A DNA stretch of 64,000 nucleotides from Lama guanicoe (Eukaryota). The stretch covers positions 992,001 through 1,056,000 of the forward strand of contig MU056000.1 in the NCBI GenBank assembly GCA_013239625.1. Reading direction: 5' to 3'. The notes under the pieces are model-generated. The model worked only from the letters and a program-made list of their open reading frames with translations, searched no databases and was not told where the DNA came from. Position 1 is the first letter of the stretch; every line of letters starts with the position of its first letter. A program made the translations under genes and the position numbers. Shown here piece after piece: positions 23,061 through 35,345 of the stretch.

Positions 23061-26000
23061 CTGCAGCAGACTGAGGGGGCCTTGGGGGGACCCAGCACTG
23101 TGATCCTGATGCTGAGGGTTTCCTGCCTGTGTCAGTCTCTGCTGCCTTCCTGATTGCAGTTCTCCCCCCTGGACCAGCAGGCTAGCCAGCTGATTGGCAG
23201 GAGGGGGGCTTGGTTTAAATATTTCACTCTAAGGTGGTGTCCAGTCAGGGTCCAGTGAAACACTGAACCCACCCCAAATATTCCAGAGGGAGAAATGCAA
23301 GGTGAGTAATTGATGACATGGAGGTGGGAGGGCTGAGAAGCTGATGGGGCGCCTTTCAGCCACCCCAGCAGGCTTGGGGACACAGCCCAGCCCCACCCAC
23401 CAGCCTGGGCCGGGCTGGGAGAAGCTGGAGCCAGGGAGGAGGTGGGGACTGGGGAAATTATTTGCTCGTCCCTCCCCGCCCCCCAGTAGGAAAGCGCTGC
23501 CAGGCCATCCCGGGGCTGGTGCAGGACAGAGGAGGGGCAGGAGTCCGAGGGCGGACGGGCCGCTGGGCTGATGGAGAGCCCGGCCTCCCGGGCCCAAAGG
23601 CAAGGGCATTTAATGAGCAGAGCTGCTCCCCAACGGCGCCCTGGCCTGGGAGTTGGGAGCGCTGGGCGGGGTGAGGGAGCCCAGTGCCTGGGGGTTCAGA
23701 GCCTAGCCCCCTCTCCCCGTGCGCAGCCCCCTTCTGAAGCGTGTGCGCCAAGCGGGGCTGGCTGCAGAGCCAGCCTTGCAAAGAAGAGCGGGCCCCCCAC
23801 CTTCACTTGCAGCCACGAGGCCGCTTCCTGCAGCCGCCTTCCGCGGAGGGGTCTCGCCCCCGGGAAGCTGTGCCCCCAGAAGACGGCCCCTCCTCCTCCA
23901 CGACACCCACACGACACCTGCCCCTCTTCTCACTTCTCTGGGCGCTTTCTTGGAAACAAGGGACTTTGCAGGAGCGTCGCCGTGGGAACTCAGGGAGCCT
24001 CATCCCGTCTTCGGTCCCGGCTGCGCGGACGTCAATGTCGGCGCTAATGGCCTATTTGCGGTGATGGGATTTGTTTCAATCAGTCTCAGCCTCTCCCCCG
24101 ACTGCGGGAGGCGCCTCATGAGCGCTGTCGCTGATGCTCCCGCTGATTTAGGTCCAGGGCGGCCTGTCGGGCGCCTCCCTCCGCACGCGCTCTGCGCACT
24201 CAGGGTGACGGATGGCACCTCTGTTAATAAGTGGAGCTTGTTCTGTGGTCAGAATGGCCGTCGCGCTCCCTGGGGTGGCCCGACCCGGGAGGGGCTGACT
24301 CCTAAAGTTCGTTTCCCTGCGTCAGTGGTTTGCGCTCGTGTGGACCTGCCAACAGGAGCAGAGTGGCTGAGGGATGGGGGCAGCTGCCTCGGTGACTCCA
24401 CGTGGAGCCCACACGGCAAGGGCTTCCTGGCATAAAACTGACTCCCGGGTCCAGCTGAAGATTCCAGAGACGCGTCTCCCCTCTGGCCGCTCCGGCAGTG
24501 GGTGGGCCCGCTGCTCCCTCGAGCCCCGGGCTCGGGATTCCTAGTGGGGCCGAGGCCAGCAGGCACGGACCCGGGGGAGCTCTGTGGGGCCGGCAACGCT
24601 AACACAGCAGAAGCAGGTGGCTCTGGAAAAAGGCCAGAGGTGAGACTCTCTGGGGCCTCCCCCCAGTCGCCCGCCTTCCAGGCCGCTCTGACCCCGACCT
24701 CCCCAGGGCCTCCCAGTCTCTGTCTCTCCTCCCTCGGCCTCCCAGCTGCCTTGCCCTTGAGATGCCTCCCAAAGGGCCTCGCGGTCCTGGGAAAACACCC
24801 TTACGGGTGGGGTGTAGCTGGCAGACCCTCGGAGGCCTTTGCCTCCCAGCCTGCCCCCCTTCTGACGGAGCAGGTGTGCCCCCTGGTCCACGGTCCCTGC
24901 GGCCTGGCTGCGGGCTCCAGGCCCACCCTGACCGGGCTGCCAGGGACAGACCACACCTCCCTCCGTCCTGGCACTTGATGCTCCCGGTCGCTTCCTTCTA
25001 AGGGCGGTTCTTCTGTCAGTACTGGGTAGAGAGGACCTGCTGTCGGGCGTCCCCTCCTCTGTCCTCACTGCTCAACTCCAAGCAGCAGCCCAGCCGCCTG
25101 GGGCCCCTCAGGGGAGCCGTGTCGGGAAGCAGACTGAAATGTCCGGGTCCCAGAGCTGTCCTGGGCCCGGCCCGCTGCGACTCCGTGGGCAGGCCTCCCT
25201 CTGGGTGATGTCACCTTGTGCCTCCCACGTCGCTGGGTGGCTGGGATTCCAGCAGGACGTCAGAGGGGACCCCGTGCTGGTGATCCTCACTGCGAGGCAC
25301 CTGCGCTCTGAGGATGAAGGCCTCTGTGCTTCCACCAGACAGTATTATCTGAATCACAAAATCAGTGATTTCTGTGAAAAAAGAAACACAATCTTCAAAA
25401 AGCGATGGTTACAAAGACTCAAATCCCTAAGGACCAGACAGCACAGGACGAGACTGGCCTCACTAGTTTTGGTTCAGGACGAACCGAGTCCACACCCCCA
25501 CCCCCATCACTCCGATTCCGTCTTCACACGAGCCTCCCAGTCGCCCTGTGCACGCAGGAGCGCAGACGCTGGAGAAACCTCATAGACGGGCCCACGGTCA
25601 AGACCGGGTCGTAGGACACAGCACAGACCCGGGGTCGGTGTGGACACCGCCTGTCACAGCGACGACACTTTCAGACCCACAGGCCCAGGGCCGAGTGCCA
25701 GGCAGGGCCCAGGCTGGACCCTTCCTGAGGAAGACCCGCAGGGAGGGCCGGGCCTGCTGCCCTCTGGACTGAGGAGTGGCACCTCCCGATCTCTGCCTAA
25801 TGACGCCCGCGGAGCCCAAGGCCCAGGAGGCCACGGTCCCCCATCATGGCTGCGCAGGAGGCGGCGGCTGGAGGCCTGGCCGGGCCCTGTCCCTGCCCTC
25901 TGCTGGCCGGCAGGAGGGTTTCTGGGGGTCTCTGTGTGGGGCCTGGAGGCCAGGCCCTGCTCTGAGGAGGTGATGGGTGTGTTCCCTGGGGCCCATTTGC

Positions 26001-26234
26001 ATGAATCAAAGCCAGACCCACGGGGAAAGTGAGGCACCCTTGCCGGCGGCCCGTCCTGCCCAGTCCAGACAGAGGCAGCTGTGTTTGGGGCAGTCCCGCT
26101 GTGATATCAGGACGCCCCTCCTGCTGGGAGCTGTAGACCCAGGATTCCGGACGTGGGAGTCACGGGTCTCCAGCTGTGTGCAGCGTGTGTGAAGGCAGGT
26201 GGGGGCTGGGGCACATTTCCCTCCCTGTAGCTCG

Positions 26235-26847
26235 TGTGCCTGAGCTGGACCCTGCGGGGCCTTCCTGGGACAGACCCCCGTGTCCTCTGCCTGCCTCTCC
26301 TCTGTAGAAAAACTTTAGCCTCCTAAATCTCCCCAAGTTCCAAAGAATAAATGTAATCAGTGAAGTGAGAAAATGCAGAAAGGAAACAGTCAAGCCAGAC
26401 AAACTAGTCATAGTTCAGCCGCTAAACAAAGTCAAGGACCTTTAGTTGCTCCTCGAGGGCGGTGGGTAATGCTCTGAGCCTCGTCCTTTGAGCTGCTCTG
26501 CAGACACTGAGGCCCCGCCAGGGGGAAGAGGCTGACTGCGTGCTGCCCCCCACACGTGGACCCAGATCAGCTGGAACCAGAAGGTGGATGATGCTGACGC
26601 CCGGTGACCTCCCCACCGACCACTCAGAACAGTGTCCACGAGCTGACCACGCCCCCCGCAGCGCCTCCCCCCCCGTCTTTAAAACCCTCCCCTGAGAGCC
26701 GTGGGGCGTTCAGGCCCTTTGAGCTCCAGCTGCCTGGACCCCTTGCTGGACACCAGCGATAAATGCTGCACTTCCCCTCACCACCACCTGGGGGCAGTAG
26801 GTGGGTGTCACTGCGCAGGCGAGTGGACCCAAGTTTGGCTCGTGACA
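26235..26847 (+). mobile_element. ERV1-type solo LTR (MER41-like, cetartiodactyl type)
   Basis: TG...CA ends (tgtgcctgagctggaccctg ... ggacccaagtttggctcgtgaca) with 4-bp flanks ctcg/ctgg. TATA-like tttaaaa near 26678 and a degenerate poly(A) signal (gataaa) near 26758. Confidence 0.8.
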
Positions 26848-27106
26848 CTGGGGGCTGTGTGGGTGGGCGTGAAACTCCCCCACGTGACCGAGAAGCCTGC
26901 GGTGCGGCAGTTGTGAGGACCCATGTATGTTTGAGGCCCACAGAGGGCCTCTCCTTCAAGGTCGGGTGTCCCTTAATCACGTGGGCTGACGGGGCCTTCA
27001 CCCGTCTCTGGGGTGGCCGTGCAGCCTGAGCGAGGCCCCGGTCTCCTCACGGAGCTGGTGCGCCGGACGGGGGCAGCTGGTGTCATCTGGGTTCCACTTT
27101 GGTCTC

Positions 27107-27472
27107 TGTTGTGGCTGAACTGTGTCCCCCAAAGTCACATGTTGGCGTCCCAACTCCCAGAAGCTCAGAGGGGGACTGCGTTTGGAGACCAGCTCTCCAG
27201 ATTAAGCTAAAATGAGCTCTTCGGGGTGCGCCCCAACCCCACAGGCCTGCGGTCCCTGTAAGAAGGGGAGATGTGGACGCAGACGGGCTCAGAGGGCCGC
27301 GCTCGTGAGGACACGGGGCGGAGGCGGCCATCTGCACGCCCAGGAGAGGGGCCTCGGAGCAAGCCCTGCGGACACCTGCGCCTCAGACCTGCGGCCCCGA
27401 GGACGGGGGACACGAGCGTCTGCGGCTGGAGCCGCCCTGTCTGCGGGGTCGCCAGCCCCAGCTGCCGAGACA
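27107..27472 (+). mobile_element. MLT1A/B (MaLR) solo LTR
   Basis: Starts tgttgtggctgaactgtgtcccccaaa. Contains attaagctaaaatgag, taagaaggggagat.tggac, gtgaggacac, ggccatctgca, and ends gagaca. Confidence 0.85.
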
Positions 27473-30461
27473 GCCCTCAGCGCGTCCAGGCCCCGCCTCC
27501 CAGGTGGCCTTCGCCGCCACCGAGAGGCTGGTGCCGAGGGGACGGTAGGGAGGGGGTGACGGGGTCCTGCTGGCACCTCAGGTCCCTCAGCTTGGTCTCC
27601 AGGGGCTCGGGGACCCTCTCGGCCCCGGCAGCCCCTCCTCCTGCGTCAGCCTGGCAGCCGCACCTCAGGGTCACTTTTCGCCAAGTCAGTGTTGACCAGG
27701 GGACACACAGCCGCCGCAACCGCACCGTGGGCCTCCCAGCGCTCGGCAAGTAGGGGAGGGGCCAGCCACCCGCCGGGCCTGCGCACAGGGGGCTCCCTGT
27801 TTGGAGCTGGAAGGCCTCGTGCGCCTGCCGCACACAGTCCGCCCTCAGCCGGGCTGCCGCGGGAGTTCTCCCCCCGGCGCCTGTGAGAGGCAGCCCGGCA
27901 GGAGGAGCGCCCCACGGGCCCAGCTCCTGGCGCTGTTTCCGTGGGATGGAGGCTCTGGGAAGGAAGCCAAGCCCCCATACCTGCCCGGCGTCTCGGGCCA
28001 GACTCACCAGGGCCGCGCCCCTCCGGCCGTGGTCAGAAGGCCTCCTTGGAGGTGAGTAGGACGCTGGGGCCCTGGGGCTCGCTGCCTGGGGGGGCCCAGG
28101 GCCTCGGGGGCCTAGAGGCCCCAGGGCTGCCCGCGTGGGACTGATGACAGGGCCACTGTCCAGGCCCTCCTAGCGTGGGGGGTCCCAGGGCTCAAGGGGC
28201 CTCAGGGGTCCAGGCCCACCTGTGCTCCCGGCATACAGGTGAGCCCCCTCTGACCACCAGACACCAGCAGCTGGAGGCCCAAGGGGGGCTGGCAGGTGAA
28301 GGGGCGGCAGCCTGGCAGCCCTGGCCTGTCCCTCTACCTTGGGAGGTGACAACACCCCGATCCTGGCAGCCCTAGCCCGCGGCTCCCCACGCCTCTCTGG
28401 AGCCAGAGCCCCAGGGGTCCCCAGCCCATCTTAGCCTTCGGCAGCCCTCTCCACTGTCCTCTGTGCAGCACACCTGGGTCACAAGTGGGTCCCGTCCTGC
28501 AGCCGGGCTGGGAGCCCCGGTCTCCCACAGGCCCTTCCCCGCCTCGCCTGGCGGCCGGGCCCATCTTGCCCTGGACCAGGTGGTGGTGGACTTGCCACAC
28601 GCGGGTCCCCGTGGGGTCAGGAGGTGTTCCTGGCTGAGCCCTGCCGCCGCTCCCGCCTTCAGGCTCCACGTGTCTCCCTAAGGAGCCAAGGCCAAGCCGG
28701 GCCCTCCCAAGCCCGCCTGACACGGCCCGCGGGAGAAAGGGAGGCGGGCAGGGAGTAGCCGGGGGGCCCAGGGACCCTCGAGCAGGCGCCTGGAGCCTTA
28801 GCAAGTTGAGGAGATGACTGCGGGCGGGAGGGGGACACGTGAGCACCTCCGTGTTGTGGGGCCCCCCGTCCACTCGGGCCCCGGGTCCCAGGGCTGCGCT
28901 CCTGCGCTGGCTGGGAGCCCAGGCGTGTGAGCCTCTTGGGCCACTGCCTGCTGCCCCCCGCCTGGCCGTCCTTCTCAGGCTCCTGTCCCCACCGTCGCCC
29001 ACCGCCGCGCCAGCCCCACCATGCAGCGCAGCCTCGAGTCCCACGCCGCACGCAGAGCACGGCTCTCCCTCCTCCAGGCAGGTGGCAGGGGTTCCTCCGC
29101 CCATGCCTGGCTTGACAGCGCCGGGTCCCAGACACTGACTTGTCCCCCAGCCATCACTGGGAATTAAAATGAACGGCCGTCCTGACACGAGGGGAGACGG
29201 GCCTCAGACGCCCGACGGGTCCCACTCGCAGCAGGAAACCTGCAATCAAATTCTAACAAAAGGTCACATTTGCAATAAGTAAAGAGGAAACACTGGTAAT
29301 TGGTTCTGGAGCCCGTTAACACCTCTGCAGCCCCTGAGAGGCAACCTGATGGACTTGAAACCCTTTTGTTCAGGTAATTAAAAATGAGATTTCATTATAT
29401 CATTAAAAATGAGGGCACGCGAGCTGTTTTCTCTGCTGTGTGATGTTGTCTCAGGGGGAGCGTGTACCCAGGCAGGCCTGGCCCTCGTTGGAGCTCTCAG
29501 GTCCCCGGACCCCCCCCGCCGCCTGCTCGGATGGAGGCGGCAGTCAGGAGGCTGGGGGCACCACAGGGCCCAGGGGTGTTGGAGGGCCGGGGGAGAAGGG
29601 GCGGACCCGGGCTCTAAACCGGTCCCGCGCTGCCTCATTTCCTGCACGAGATTTCATCTGTGGACTCGATTATAAGGCAAGTGGAGGAGACTCAGGGTCC
29701 GACTCCTGGGGCCCCGGCCGTCCTCCCATGGGCAAGGGTGGTGCACGGCTGCGGCGGCCCCAGACGCAGGGCGGTGGTGTGAGGGGTCAGTTCGAGCATC
29801 AGGGTGCTGGCCTGGCCACGTCCCCAGGACTAAAAGGTGATGCCCCACCTCTCCACCCTCGCGACGGCCCCCCGGAAAATCAGACGAAACCTCTGTATCA
29901 TGAAATCTCACCACGTATAGAAACAGGGGTGAGAAATCACATCTAAAAAGAAAGACGTTTTGTGAGTCCTGTGTGTTTGTGTGATTGTTTCTTTTATTTC
30001 AATCCCAACCGTGAAATATTTGCGGGCACTTTTCTTTTTCCCTTTTCCAGTTTTATCAGGTAGAACTGTTACCGTCCGACCGCACGTGCACATCACACTG
30101 CATGTAAACACACGTGCACGGTACATACATGAAGGAAGCGGGCACTTTTCTTCAAACTGTGATGTGGCGGCTTCGCAGACGACAAGCAGAGTCTCAGCCA
30201 CGTGGGAGCTGGTGTTCAGAATTCAGCGTCCCTTTAACGTCCCCGCAGTGTGCTGGCTGCCGCGTGCAGACCCGCCATGTGCCGGCCCCTTGGTGCTTTG
30301 ACGGCCTCCGTCCCCTGAGGACCTGGCCACACGAGGTCCTGCCCACTTCTCGGTGTCCAGGATTGGGGCCCCTCGTCAACCCCCCTGCAAACCCAATTGC
30401 CATCTTTTGATGAAGTGGTATTTGTTACTTAAAAGAAGAAAAATCATAATATTCCAGATCT

Positions 30462-30935
30462 TTCTTTCTCTTTTTTTCAACTGAGGTGCAGTCAGCTTAC
30501 GGCATTGTGCCAATCTCTGGGGCACGGCACAGTGCTTCAGTCATACGTGAACAGCCCTGTATTTGCTCTCATGTTCTTTTCCGCTGTACTCACTACAAGG
30601 GATTGAATACAGTTCCCTGAGCTGCACAGTAGGGCCTTGCTGTTTATCTATTTTATACACAGCAGTGTGTGTCTGTAAATCTTGAACTCCCGGCTCATCC
30701 CTTCCCACCCCTTTCCCCTTGGTAGCCGTGTCTGTTCTACACTGTGTCTGTGCGTCTGTTTCTCTTTAGTGAATAAGTTCACTTGTGTCATTTTTTTTAG
30801 ATTCCACATATAAGTGATGTCATATGGTGTTTGTCTTTCTCTGTCTGGCTTACGTTTCTGAGTGTGACCACCGCCAGGTCCGTCCATGCTGCTGCAAATG
30901 GCATTTTCATCCTTCATGGCTGAGTAGTGCATTCT
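30462..30935 (-). mobile_element. 5'-truncated LINE-1 3' end (ORF2 C-terminus plus 3' UTR)
   Basis: ttttttagattccacatataagtgat.tcatatggt.tttgtctttctctgtctggctta...catgctgctgcaaatggca is the antisense ORF2 end. T-rich tail at about 30462-30478. Confidence 0.93.
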
Positions 30936-33559
30936 CTTGGTAAACACAAGTTTTCATGAGACCCATTCAGTTTGTAAATGTAGCAATTAGTTTCCACCCA
31001 GATTTTAAAATTAAAAAAATACTGAAGTACGTATTTTTTTGGCCTTAACAAAACTACTTATTAACTAAATCCCAATTTTATGTAAAAATAAAATTCTGTG
31101 CCAGAGAAGTTGTGGTTGTTTCCTTGTATATTTCCCATCATAATTTGGATTTCAGCCTTCAATGGTATTTTTAACTGAACATAAGAAACATGGCGCATGG
31201 CGTTTAAAGTCTTCTCCTATTGTTTGCAATTTGTTTTCTTCAACTTATTGGTGAAATTAGCCAACATATTTGAAGATAGCAAATTCTGCAAAAAGATTTT
31301 TTTTGTCGTTAAAAAACCCCCACAAACGGACTGTAATTTCCCAGCTACTTTCATTGCCTTAAAGTGCTCGCTGGCTTCTCTGACCCACGGACTCTGCACT
31401 GAGAATGCTGATGCCTCCGATCACAGGTGTTCTGTGAACTTTGACAACCACGTTGAGCAAAGGCACTGGTGGAGGGGTAGAGATCTGAAAGCCACTTTTC
31501 TTACCCTAAAAGCAAGCGACCAACAGAAGCCCTCCCTTTTTGATGAATGTGTCCGGGGACCCCCAGGACCGTTTCTGCGTGGCAGAGGACCGGAGTCCAG
31601 GAGCAGTTCCGGGGAAGCCAGAGGGACCCCCACGGCCCAGGGTGGGGGGCTCTGTCCAGCTCCAGCTCCCACGTGGGATGCTGGTGTGGTGGGAGCTGCC
31701 GCCTGCTGTGCATTCAGCCTCAAATCACAAGAATGAGAAGTTTCACAAAGGTCGCGCCTGCTCAGCTAAACGAAGCTTAACGTGTCCTGGAATCATCGTT
31801 TGCCAAGAAGGATAGACGTGTGTATGTTTTCCACGCTCACAAATGCCACACTGAGTTCCAAGTAATTAAAGCCCCGAGGCCCTTCTGCAGGGCCCCAGGC
31901 CTCCCTGTGCCACCCTTGGTGTGGACGGTCCACGCTTCTCACGAGAGCTGAGTGGCCTGGCCGGGGGACAGCTCTGGACCAGGCCTCCATTCTAGCAAAC
32001 GCTGCTGGCCCCACCTCACCTGGGAGACCCCCCGCCCTGTCACTCACACTCCCCGGGGACACGGTCACTTCAAGGCTTCACCCTTGAGCCCACGACCCCC
32101 ACTCACCGTCCTGGGGTGTCAGAGAGCCCCGCCCGCGGGCAGGCTCCACGGACGCTGGCCCTCCCGCCCGGGCTCCCGGCCTGCACCCCTCTTCCCCGTG
32201 CAGACTGGAACCCAGGCTGCAGGGTCGCAGAGGCCCAGAGGGCAAGGCTCCAGCTGTGCTCCCAGCTCACGGGACCCACGTGGGGCTGGGGGCCTCTGCC
32301 CCTTGGGCCGGGGCCTGAGGGCTCTGACCCCTGGAAGAAAGAGTGGCCTTTCCAATACGTGCAGAGGGGCCACGTGAGCAGGCAGCCACCCCGCGGTCAG
32401 CCGGGCCTCTTCCTTCTCCGCCTGGCCTCGCTTCACAGGGTCCTCCTTCAGGGGGTGCTGGGCAAGGGGGGGAGTGGGGGGAGGGAAGTGATGCCTCTGG
32501 CCGCTCAGCCCCAGGTGACCCCAGGCTTCTGCGTCCTGGCTGGACTGACCCAAGCCCGAGCCCTGCTCTTGACTTCCCTTCAACTCTCCAGACCTGGCCG
32601 GAGGCTGGCGCGCTGCCCAGCGTGAACCCGTCCGCGGCTGCGCCGTCGCTCCCGTTTCTGCAGGGGGACCGAGCAGCCCACAGCCCTGAGAGTCTCTGCA
32701 ACAAGTAATTTTAACCATCTTTAATTTGGAAAATGTCCCCTAAACCCAATCTTGACTTTAGAAGGACAAATGAAAGAGCCATCTCAGCAAACAGCTGCAT
32801 CAGCTTGGCGAGTCATGACCTCACGTACGTAGTTTTAAAAAGTTATTTACTTCAGCCACACTGGAACTCCATTATTTTTAAGAAAAGTCAAACAAGTAGA
32901 GTATGACATAAAAAAAACTGCCTTCCTTAAAAATATTATATTAATCATTTCAGTTGGAAACAATCTTTGTGTTAATGAGACTCGGATTTTAATATATGAG
33001 AGTCAAGTTAATTTCTACTCATGTGAGAGTAAAACCATGTGCGAACGTGGAGGACGCGACACCCACAGCGCAGCCTCACACCTGCACACGTTCGTCTCTG
33101 GAAGCCTGACGGGAGCTGTGGACCACGCCGACCCGACCAGTCTCGTCAGGCAGGTTTCCTGGTCGTGTGGCTGCAGAGTTCTCTTATTAAGCCAATTGCT
33201 GTCACTCACAAGATTTAAAGAAAACCCACGTCTTAATTTCAGGGAAATTGTTTCTATTCACTGTGAATCCAGAAGCCTGTTAGAATCAGTTCTCATGATT
33301 CATGTTCTCGTTTTTAGCAGGGACACTTCGGGACGGGCAGCGGAGGACCTCTCCACTCGGAGAGCGGATCTAGGAGTGGAAGCTGGACACGTGCGAACAG
33401 GCCAGGCCAGGGCAGGCAGGCGAACAGGGCAGGGGCCCGGCAGCTGGGACTCTGAAGCCAAACCCGTCGGAGTCTCAGCTGGGTCTCCTTTCAGCCGCCC
33501 CGTTGTCTCTGAAACCTCACGATGTTGATGGTCCAGCGCACTGTTTCCCGGGGAAGCTG

Positions 33560-33950
33560 GTGGAAATCTCAGGCCGCAAACGATCGGGCAAACCCCCGCC
33601 GCCCCTGAGAAAACCTCGTGCAAAGCGTGGGTCGGACGCCTGCCTGCCGGGTTTGGTTTGGTTTGGTTCCCTCGGAGCCCACGCTGCCCTGAAGGAGGTT
33701 TGGAACCCACAGCGGGTCTTCCCTCCGGGAGGGCCTCCCTCTGCGGGTCATAGGAAGCGTTTCTGAAGGTGGCCGACGTCCAGTCTCGGGGGAGAAGGCG
33801 TGGTCTGGTCCCCGGCAGCGATGCAGCCGCGGGGCTCCTCCCGGACGGCGGCCGGGCCTTCGCCGGAGCGCGCAGCCAGCCCTCCGAGTCGGCCGCGCAT
33901 GGTCCCGCCACCCCGCCGGCGGCCATCACAAACCCGCGGCATGGTTTGTT
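33560..33950. promoter_or_regulatory. orphan CpG island
   Basis: Very dense CpG (ccggacggcggccgggccttcgccggagcgcgc...ccccgccggcggcc) with no adjacent coding exon. Confidence 0.6.
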
Positions 33951-34935
33951 TTTGGAGGTGAGAGTGTCCTCCGGTGTCTAATTGGTAGAGAAGCTCATTC
34001 TTCCCATTTTCAAAAGCAACCGGCTTCGAAGATTTTTCGTTCACCCAGGGGCTGGGACCAGAGAAATGCGGGGCTTAAAAAGTCATTTGTTCTTCTGTTG
34101 TGATTGTATTCACGACGGAAGGGTGACGGAAAGGTCAGCTGTAACTCTGCTGTTGCGTTTTAGCTTCGAAAAAATGTAATATTGATCGATAAGAAAATGG
34201 AAAAGCAGGACTATTAGCGCCTCGCTTGACCTTCTCCGCCCTTTGCCCCGCCCCGCGGACTCTCCCCCAGACGCTACATCTCCCGCGCGGGGGTTGACCT
34301 GGGTTCTCTCCTCACAGCTGATACACGACCCTCTCCCCCTCTGATGTCGCCGTGTGTCTGGTTTCCTTGCTCCGGATTCTCTGCCGCTGGACCAGTGCCT
34401 CCGGCCTTTGGTTTGCGCGGAGCCCCTGAAGGGTCACGTGGACGGCACTTCATATCTGTCATCTTGCTGGGCGCTGGGGTCCATCACTGTTTGAGACGGG
34501 AGAGCCCTCTGCAGACGAGGGCTGGCCGCCATGCGTGCCGGGGACGGGGACCCAGCCTGCTGGGGGAGCTGGGGGGGTACTGGGGAGCATGTCCCTGGCA
34601 GGATGCAGAGGTCAGGATGGGTCCGTGGAGACCACGCTCCCCTGTGCAGAGACGTGGACCCTGTGCCAACTCAGGCTGGGAGGGTGTTGAATACACCCTG
34701 ACGGGGCTCCTGAGGTGAAGTGTGCAAACCCAGGAGGATCCCCTGGTCGAGCCCCCACCACACAGAGATGTCAGACTCTGTCCCCACCGACGCCAGGGGG
34801 GATTGGAGTCAGGCTGTCCCGCTCCACGTGTCGGGGGCGGTGTGATCCCCCCGGTCCCCCTGAGGCCTCGGGAGGGGGCGGGATGGATGCTGAGCTCAGG
34901 TGTCTGGGGCTCAGTGCTTTGGGCTCAGTGGGGCC

Positions 34936-35345
34936 TGAGCTGGGCTGAGTGGCGGCTCCCAAAGCCACGTCCTGCTGGAACCTGTGACTGTGGCCTCGTT
35001 TGGAAATCGGGTCTTGGCAGATGTCATCAGGTTAGGATGGTTGTAGTGGACGAGGGTGGGCCTTAAATCCAGTGGGACTGGTGTCCTTATAAAAGGGACA
35101 TTTGGGCAAAGACACGGGGAGAAGCCACGTGAAGAGAGAGGCAGAGCCTGGGGGAGGGGTCCACAGCTGACAGTCACCAAGGAATGCCGCAGCCGCGGGA
35201 CAGAGGCCTGGGTTGGACCCCCTCAGAGCCTCCCAAGGGGCAGCCCTGCTGCCCCGTGGTCTCTGGCTTCTGGGCTCCACCCCCTGAACTGGGAGAAATC
35301 ACACTGCTGTCGTTGTAAGCCACCTGGTTTGTGGAAACCAATACA
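34936..35345 (+). mobile_element. MLT1B/C (MaLR) solo LTR
   Basis: ggaacctgtga.tgtg.cct..tttggaaat.gggtctt.gcagatgt, gggtgggccttaaatcca, actggtgtccttataa, ccaaggaatgcc, taagccacc.ggtttgtgg, ending aataca. Confidence 0.88.
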
